DNA from: Candidatus Methylomirabilia bacterium | GTDB taxonomy: Bacteria; Methylomirabilota; Methylomirabilia; Rokubacteriales; CSP1-6 | DNA length: 62,354 nucleotides | Assembly (NCBI GenBank): GCA_041496385.1 | Contig: JBGQEL010000016.1 | Span: 1-62,354, forward strand | Direction of reading: 5' to 3' | Shown here: in pieces, positions 56,336-62,354 of the stretch | How the letters are laid out: every line of letters begins with the position of its first letter | Numbering within the stretch: position 1 is the stretch's first letter | Translations under genes and position numbers: made by a program | Notes under the pieces: model-generated | The model's database searches: none | The model's input: the letters and a program-made list of their open reading frames with translations, nothing else | Told to the model about the DNA's origin: nothing

Positions 56336-57348
56336 GCGGCGCCCGGCTCGCGCGTCCTCGGGTCGAGCCAGCCGTAGGCCAGATCCACGAGAAAGTTCGC
56401 GAGCATGAAGTTCAGGCCGATCAAGAGCGTCACGCCCATGATCGGCTGGAAGTCGGACGACACCGCCGAGCTCACCGCGTACAGGCCGATGCCCGGCCAG
56501 TCGAAGACCGTCTCGACCAGCACCGTGCCGCCGAGCATCCAGCCGTAGCGGAGCCCGATCATCGCGAGCGTGGGCACCATCGCGTTCTTCAGCGCGTAGC
56601 GCGCGACGATGCGGACGTCGGAGATCCCCTGCGCGCGCGCGTTCACGATGTAGTCCTGCGCGAGCACCTCGATCATCTCGGCGCGGTTCACGCGCATGAT
56701 CGAGGCGAGCGCCGGGAAGCAGAGGGTCACCATGGGCAGGAGCGCGTGCGCGAGCGCATCCGCCAGCGTCCCCCACTGCCCGCGCAGGAGCGCGTCCACG
56801 AAGAGGAGGTGCGTGATCGGCTCGGGGTGCATGCTCATGAGGCCGAGCCGTCCGCCGAGCGGCAGGAGCTTCCAGTGGAGCGCGAGCAGGAGCTGCAGCA
56901 TGAGCCCGAGCCAGAAGGCCGGGATCGCCACGCCCGAGACCGACGCGACGCGCGTCACGTGATCCACCCACGTGCCGCGGTAGACGGCGGAGAGAATGCC
57001 GAGCGGCACGCCGAGCCCGATCGCGAGCAGCATCGCGCCCGTGACCAGCTCGAACGTGTTGGGAAAGTAGCGGGCGAGGTCGCTCCGCACCGTCTCGCGC
57101 GTCCGCAGCGAGCGGCCGAAGTCGCCCGCGACGATGCCGCGGACGTATCGACCGAACTGGACCCAGAGCGGGCGGTCGAGGCCGTACTCGGCGCGGACGG
57201 TCTGGACCATCGAGGCCGTCGCGTCGGGGCCGGCGGCGAGCCGCGCCGGGTCGCCCGGCACCACGTGGGACACGGCGAACGTGATGCAGAGGAGCCCGAA
57301 GAGCATCAGGCCCAGCAGCAGGAGCCGCTTGACGACGTAGCCGAGCAA
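56332..57348 (-). CDS. Peptide/nickel ABC permease (DppB-like)
   Basis: PGDPA, GDFGRS, P.FW, ARAQG, ETVFDWPGIG, DPR motifs. Confidence 0.92.
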   Translation of the reverse strand: MLGYVVKRLLLLGLMLFGLLCITFAVSHVVPGDPARLAAGPDATASMVQTVRAEYGLDRPLWVQFGRYVRGIVAGDFGRSLRTRETVRSDLARYFPNTFELVTGAMLLAIGLGVPLGILSAVYRGTWVDHVTRVASVSGVAIPAFWLGLMLQLLLALHWKLLPLGGRLGLMSMHPEPITHLLFVDALLRGQWGTLADALAHALLPMVTLCFPALASIMRVNRAEMIEVLAQDYIVNARAQGISDVRIVARYALKNAMVPTLAMIGLRYGWMLGGTVLVETVFDWPGIGLYAVSSAVSSDFQPIMGVTLLIGLNFMLANFLVDLAYGWLDPRTREPGAA

Positions 57349-57358
57349 CTACCGGCTG

Positions 57359-58927
57359 CTACTTGGCGACGATGGCCAGCGGGTAGAGGTCCACCTCGCC
57401 CGTGAAGCGTACCGGGCTGAACTGGAAGCCCTGCACGTGGTCGCGCAGCCCCCAGCGCCGGTTCGCGAGCATGCCGAAGATCTCCGGCGCGTCGGCCGCG
57501 ATCCGCCGCTGGATCTCGGCATAGAGCGGCGCGCGCTCCTCCCACTTCGCGATGGTCCGCGCGCGGTCGATCAGCGCCCAGACGCCGTCGTTCGCGTAGT
57601 GCGACGAGCCGTAGTACTTGCCCCAGGAGTTCTTGTGGTACTGGTACGCGACCGCATCCGGGTCCGTGGAGACGGGTGTCGCGAAGACGGCCATCATGTC
57701 CGGCGACGTCTCCGCCTTCGAGCCGCGCGCGACCATGTTCGGCCAGATGAGCGGCACCATCTTCACCGTGACGTTGAGCTTCTGGAGGTTGTCGATGAGG
57801 ACGAGGCCCATCTTCCGCTCCTCCTCGAGCCCCTGGACGTAGACGTATTCGAGCTCGACACCGCCGTTCGGGTAGGCGGACTTGGCGAGGAACTCCTTCG
57901 CCTTCGCCAGGTCCTGCCGGTAGATGCCGGGCACCGCGACGTGGCCGCGCGTGGCGTTCGGGAACGGGCTCGTCTGGAGCACGGCGTTGCCGTTGTAGAT
58001 CTTGACGAGCGCGTCGTAGTCGAACGCGTAGCAGACGGCCTTGCGGAGGTTCGGGTCCTTCGTCGGGCCCTTCTGCGTGTTCATCTTGATCCCGAAGGTC
58101 GTCATCCCCGGGAAGTTCGGCACGACCACGCCGGGCGTCTTGGCGACCTGGTCGAAGTCATCGGCGGTGAGATTCATGACGATGTCGAACTCGCCACGGA
58201 TCAGCCCGGCGCGCTCCGCGGCCGCCTCGCGCACGATCTTGTAGATCACGCCGCCGACGTGATCCTTCGACGGCCAGCCTTTCCAGTAGGCGTCCACGGC
58301 CTCGAGCTCGTAGAGGACGCCCTGCTCCCAGCGCTTGATCCTGAACGGCCCGCTGCCCGCGGCGTTGGTCGTGAGCCACTTCTGGCCGAGGTCGCCGCCC
58401 TGCTCGTTGGCCAGCACCTGCTTCGGATTCATCACGTACCACCACGGCAGGAACGACAGGAAGGGCGCGTAGGGCTGCGTGAGGGTGAACTGGATCGTCG
58501 ACTCGCCGAGGACCTTGATGCCGTCCTCCTTGAGAAAGTCCGAGAGCATCCAGGCGGGGCCCTGGTTGAGCTTGAGCGTACGGGCGAACGAGAAGCGGAT
58601 CGCCTCGGCGGTCACGGGGTCGCCGTTGTGGAACTTCGCGTTCTTGACGAGGTGGAAGGTCCACGTCTTCGCGTCGGGCGTGCTCTCCCACTTCTCGGCG
58701 AGCCAGGGCACGATCTGCGGCGGGTTGCCGACATACTTCACGAGGGCGTCGTAGAGAGACTGCTGGGCCATCCGGATCGACCAGTCGTACTTGACGCTCG
58801 GGTCGATCGTCGGCACCTCCTGGTTGCCGGCGAAGACCAGGATCTTCCTGTCGCCGCTCCGCTCGAAGGCCCCGGCCGGCGTCGCCGCGACGAGCGCCGC
58901 CAGGACCACCGTGACGAGGAATCTCAT
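57359..58927 (-). CDS. Peptide/nickel ABC substrate-binding protein (DppA-like)
   Basis: Signal peptide, TIDP, LAEKW, KFHNG.PVTAE, GSGPF motifs. GAGGAGG SD. Confidence 0.92.
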   Translation of the reverse strand: MRFLVTVVLAALVAATPAGAFERSGDRKILVFAGNQEVPTIDPSVKYDWSIRMAQQSLYDALVKYVGNPPQIVPWLAEKWESTPDAKTWTFHLVKNAKFHNGDPVTAEAIRFSFARTLKLNQGPAWMLSDFLKEDGIKVLGESTIQFTLTQPYAPFLSFLPWWYVMNPKQVLANEQGGDLGQKWLTTNAAGSGPFRIKRWEQGVLYELEAVDAYWKGWPSKDHVGGVIYKIVREAAAERAGLIRGEFDIVMNLTADDFDQVAKTPGVVVPNFPGMTTFGIKMNTQKGPTKDPNLRKAVCYAFDYDALVKIYNGNAVLQTSPFPNATRGHVAVPGIYRQDLAKAKEFLAKSAYPNGGVELEYVYVQGLEEERKMGLVLIDNLQKLNVTVKMVPLIWPNMVARGSKAETSPDMMAVFATPVSTDPDAVAYQYHKNSWGKYYGSSHYANDGVWALIDRARTIAKWEERAPLYAEIQRRIAADAPEIFGMLANRRWGLRDHVQGFQFSPVRFTGEVDLYPLAIVAK

Positions 58928-58979
58928 GGGCCGCCCTCCTCTTTGCGCTGCGATGGCGGCAGGATAACATACGCGGGCG

Positions 58980-60062
58980 ATGGCCCCGCTCCGTCCCGTC
59001 TCCGCGGCCGAGATCGAATCGCTCGCGATCGGCGCCTGGATCCTCGGCACCGGTGGCGGCGGGAGCCCCTATCTCGCGCTGCTGAACATGCGCAAGCTTT
59101 ACCGCCAGGGCGTCGTCGTCCGCCTCGTGGACCCGATGGACCTCGCGGACGACGACGACGTCGCCGTGGTCTCCAACATGGGCGCGCCGCTGGTCGGCCA
59201 GGAGCGCCTCACCGACCCGCGCACGATCGCGCGCGCGGTCCAGATGATGGAGGAGTACCTGGGGCGCCGGTTCCGCGCCGTGATGTCGCTCGAGATCGGC
59301 GGCGGCAACGCGCTCCAGCCCTTCCTGGCGGGCGCGCTCCTGGACCTGCCCGTCGTGGACGCCGACTGCATGGGCCGCGCCTTCCCCGAGGCGCAGATGA
59401 CGAGCTTCGCCATCCACGACCTGCGCATGTACCCGCTCACGCTGGTGGACATCCGCGACAACGCGGTGATCGTCGCGCGGGCGGCCTCCTGGAAGTGGAT
59501 GGAGCGGCTCTCGCGCCGCGCCTGCGTCGAGGTCGGCTCGATCGCCGCGACCTGCAAGGCGCCGCGCACCGGCAAGGAGGTCAAGGAGTGCGCCATCCTC
59601 CACTCGACGACGAAGGCGATCCGCCTCGGCGAGACCGTCCAGGCCGCGCGGCGCGCGCACCGCGACCCGATCCAGGCGATCATCGACGCCGAGCACGGGC
59701 TCCGGCTCTTCACGGGGAAGATCCGCGACATCGCCCGCCGGACGACCGAGGGCTTCCTGCGCGGCACCGCGAAGCTCGACGGCCTCGACGAGTTCCGCGG
59801 CGCCTCGTTCGAGCTGGCGTTCCAGAACGAGTTCGCCGTCGGCTGGCTCGACGGCGTCCCGCGCGTGACGACGCCCGACCTCATCTGCGTCATGGACAGC
59901 GTCTCGGGCGAGGCGATCGGGACCGAGACGCTGCGCTACGGCCAGCGCGTCGGCGTCGTGGCGCTCCCGGCCCCGCCCGTGCTGCTCACGCCCAAGGGGC
60001 TCGAGCACGTCGGCCCCCGCGCCTTCGGCTACGACCTGGACTTCACGAGCGTCTTCGCGTGA
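58980..60062 (+). CDS. DUF917 family protein
   Basis: LGTGGGG, GAPLV..E, EIGGGN, DADCMGRAFPE, FQNE, PDLI, LRYG, GPRAFG motifs. Confidence 0.9.
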   Translation: MAPLRPVSAAEIESLAIGAWILGTGGGGSPYLALLNMRKLYRQGVVVRLVDPMDLADDDDVAVVSNMGAPLVGQERLTDPRTIARAVQMMEEYLGRRFRAVMSLEIGGGNALQPFLAGALLDLPVVDADCMGRAFPEAQMTSFAIHDLRMYPLTLVDIRDNAVIVARAASWKWMERLSRRACVEVGSIAATCKAPRTGKEVKECAILHSTTKAIRLGETVQAARRAHRDPIQAIIDAEHGLRLFTGKIRDIARRTTEGFLRGTAKLDGLDEFRGASFELAFQNEFAVGWLDGVPRVTTPDLICVMDSVSGEAIGTETLRYGQRVGVVALPAPPVLLTPKGLEHVGPRAFGYDLDFTSVFA

Positions 60063-61591
60063 GACGGCGCGTCGGCATCGACGTCGGCGGCACCAACACG
60101 GACGCGGTCCTCCTCGAGGAGACGCGCGTGCTCCACGCGGTCAAGACGCCGACGACCGCCGACGTGACCTCGGGCGTCACCCGCGCCCTCACCAGCCTGC
60201 GCGAGGACCCCCGGGCCGCCGGACCCATCGACGCGGTCATGATCGGCACGACCCACTTCACCAACGCCGTGGTCCAGCGCCGCGATCTCACCCGCGTCGC
60301 GGCGATCCGTATCGGGCTGCCCGCGAGCGCCTCGCTCGAGCCCTTCATCGACTGGCCCGAGGACCTCGCCGCGCTCGTCCGGGGCGAGGTCGTCATGCTC
60401 GAGGGCGGCCACGAGTACGACGGCCGGCCGCTCGTCCCGCTCGACGTCGACGGCGTGCGCGCCGCGGCGCGGCGCATCCGCGAGGCGGGACTCACGTCCG
60501 TGGGCATCGCCTCGGTGTTCTCGCCGCTCGACGCCTCCTGCGAGGAGCGGGCGGCCGACATCCTCCGCGCGGAGTGCCCGGGCGTCGCGCTGACGCTCTC
60601 ACACCGGCTCGGACGCATCGGCCTCCTCGAGCGCGAGAACGCGACGCTGCTCAACGCTGCGCTCGTGGACCTCGCGCGCCGCACGACGCGCGCCTTCGCC
60701 GACGCCCTGCGGGCGAGCGGGATCGCGGCCCCCCTCTACCTCACCCAGAACGACGGCACCGTCATGCTCGCCGCGGTCGCCGAGACGTTTCCCGTGTACA
60801 GCTTCGCCTCGGGGCCGACCAACTCGATGCGCGGCGCGGCGTTCCTGTCCAAGCTCGCCGACGCCCTCGTCGTGGACGTCGGCGGCACGACGACCGACAT
60901 CGGCTGCCTCCGCCACGGCTTCCCGCGCGAGGCCAATAACGTCGTCGAGATCGGGGGCGTGCGGACCCTGTTCCGCATGCCCGATCTCCTCTCGCTCGGC
61001 CTCGGCGGCGGCTCGCTCGTCCGGCGGGCGCCCGTGGGCGTCGGACCGCTGAGCGTCGGGTACCGGCTGCCGGAGCGGAGCCTGGTGTTCGGCGGCGACG
61101 AGCTGACCGCGACCGACGTCGCCGTCGCCGCCGGGCTGGTGGACCTCGGCGACCGGCGGCGCGTCGCGTCGCTGCCGGCGGCGCTCGTCCGCGACGCGCT
61201 CGCGCGCATGCACGCGACGATCGAGGAGGGCGTGGACCGGATGAAGACCGACGCGCGCGACGAGCCGCTCATCGCCGTGGGCGGCGGCTGCTTCCTCGTC
61301 CCCGAGCGGATCGCGGGCGTCTCCGAGGTCGTCCACGTCCCGCACCAGGCGGTGGCCAACGCGGTCGGCGCGGCGATCGCCCAGGTGAGCGGCGAGGTCG
61401 ACCAGATCTTCCAGAACCTGACGCGCGACGAGGCGCTCGCCCGCGCGCGGGCGCTCGCGGAGGAGCAGGCGGTGCGCGCGGGCGCCGATCCCGGCACGCT
61501 CTCGCTCGTCGAGGTGGAGGACCTGCCGCTCGCCTACCTGCCGGGCAACTCGCTGCGCGTCCGCGTGCGCGTCGTGGGCGAGATCGCCTAG
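60059..61591 (+). CDS. Hydantoinase A/oxoprolinase family protein
   Basis: GIDVGGTNTD, GTTHFTNA, ERENA, QNDG, SGPTNS.RG, DVGGTTTD, ANAVGAA motifs. Confidence 0.92.
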   Translation: MRRRVGIDVGGTNTDAVLLEETRVLHAVKTPTTADVTSGVTRALTSLREDPRAAGPIDAVMIGTTHFTNAVVQRRDLTRVAAIRIGLPASASLEPFIDWPEDLAALVRGEVVMLEGGHEYDGRPLVPLDVDGVRAAARRIREAGLTSVGIASVFSPLDASCEERAADILRAECPGVALTLSHRLGRIGLLERENATLLNAALVDLARRTTRAFADALRASGIAAPLYLTQNDGTVMLAAVAETFPVYSFASGPTNSMRGAAFLSKLADALVVDVGGTTTDIGCLRHGFPREANNVVEIGGVRTLFRMPDLLSLGLGGGSLVRRAPVGVGPLSVGYRLPERSLVFGGDELTATDVAVAAGLVDLGDRRRVASLPAALVRDALARMHATIEEGVDRMKTDARDEPLIAVGGGCFLVPERIAGVSEVVHVPHQAVANAVGAAIAQVSGEVDQIFQNLTRDEALARARALAEEQAVRAGADPGTLSLVEVEDLPLAYLPGNSLRVRVRVVGEIA

Positions 61592-61731
61592 CCCGACCGC
61601 TCCGCGACGACGAGCCGGTAGCGGGGGCGACGTCGGCGATCTTTCCGAAGGTGGAGATGGCGCCGCGGACGCCGGTGAATCCCGTAGCCGTGGCCGATGG
61701 CGTCCCCGAGCTGCGCAACGGCCCGGCGGCG

Positions 61732-62354
61732 CTAGTCGACGCCGGCCAGCGCGAGGAAGCGGCGCATGCGCCGCGTGGCGAGCTCGGGGTCGCGCAGCAA
61801 CCCCGCCCGGTCCATCAGGACGAACTGCTCGGTGAGGTGTACCGCGGAGCGCGCGCTCTCGAGGCCGCCCACCATCCGGAAGTGCGACTGGTGGCCGTTC
61901 AGGTAGGCCGCGAAGACGACGCCGGTCTTGTAGAAGCGGGTCGGCGCGCCGAAGACGTGGCGCGAGAGCGGCAGCGTCGGCGCGAGGACCGCGTCGAACG
62001 TCGCCGTGTCGCCGCGATCGAGCGCGTGGAGCGCGGCGGAGGCCGCCGGCGCGATGACGTCGAAGATCCCGAGCAGCGCGTCCGAGTGGCCCTGCGCGTC
62101 CCCGCGGATCGTGGTCGGGTAATCGAAGTCGTCGCCGCTGTACATCCGCACGCCCGGGGGGAATCGCCGGCGCATCGCGATCTCGCGCGCCTGGTCGAGG
62201 AGCGAGATCTTCACGCCGTCGATCTTCGCCGTGTGCTCCTCCACGATCGCCAGCAGCGTCTCCGTCGCGGCATCGAGGTCGCGCGAGCCCCAGTAGCCCG
62301 CGAGCGCCGGGTCGAACATGTCGCCGAGCCAGTGGAGGATGACCGGCTCCCGCA
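61732..62354 (-). CDS. DUF993 family (DHDPS-like) protein, 5' part outside the window
   Basis: ILHWLGDMFDPALAGYWG, GVKISLL, YSGDDF.Y, SDALLGIFD, FYKTG motifs. Confidence 0.85.
   Translation of the reverse strand, partial: REPVILHWLGDMFDPALAGYWGSRDLDAATETLLAIVEEHTAKIDGVKISLLDQAREIAMRRRFPPGVRMYSGDDFDYPTTIRGDAQGHSDALLGIFDVIAPAASAALHALDRGDTATFDAVLAPTLPLSRHVFGAPTRFYKTGVVFAAYLNGHQSHFRMVGGLESARSAVHLTEQFVLMDRAGLLRDPELATRRMRRFLALAGVD

Noticed and set aside
61592..61731. Coding-like fragments in the spacer between the hydantoinase and DUF993 genes
   Set aside because: There is no consistent frame, start or recognisable family.

Overview
A GC-rich, gene-dense bacterial chromosomal segment with about 65 CDS. 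Most are catabolic enzymes, ABC transporters and redox or envelope proteins. The style is reminiscent of Ca. Rokubacteria/Methylomirabilota, but that is only an impression. I saw no rRNA, tRNA, CRISPR array, transposase, integrase or phage genes. Main finding: an unannotated 84-codon CMD/AhpD-like gene (49194-49448, minus strand) whose frame continues through an in-frame TGA. The TGA is followed immediately by a bacterial SECIS-like hairpin, so this is a likely selenoprotein with an unusual N-T-H-U motif in place of CxxC/CxxU. It lies in an operon-like run with a GGT, a HemK-like methyltransferase, a YdjC deacetylase, a ROK kinase and a Zn-dependent dehydrogenase. Regulatory observations: many genes appear leaderless (TANNNT 5-8 nt before the start codon, no SD), including very compact bidirectional promoters. 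There is also a sigma54-driven type IV pilin, an OmpR-type triple repeat ahead of a TPR-DegP unit, a structured leader before an aminotransferase, and a GTAG-type inverted repeat. Protein-level observations: a Tat-signal FAH protein, a ClpS with a Cys/His-altered pocket, and a DUF917/hydantoinase/AroM/peptide-ABC cluster. Several genes carry short deletions or frameshifts, which could be real decay or assembly error.
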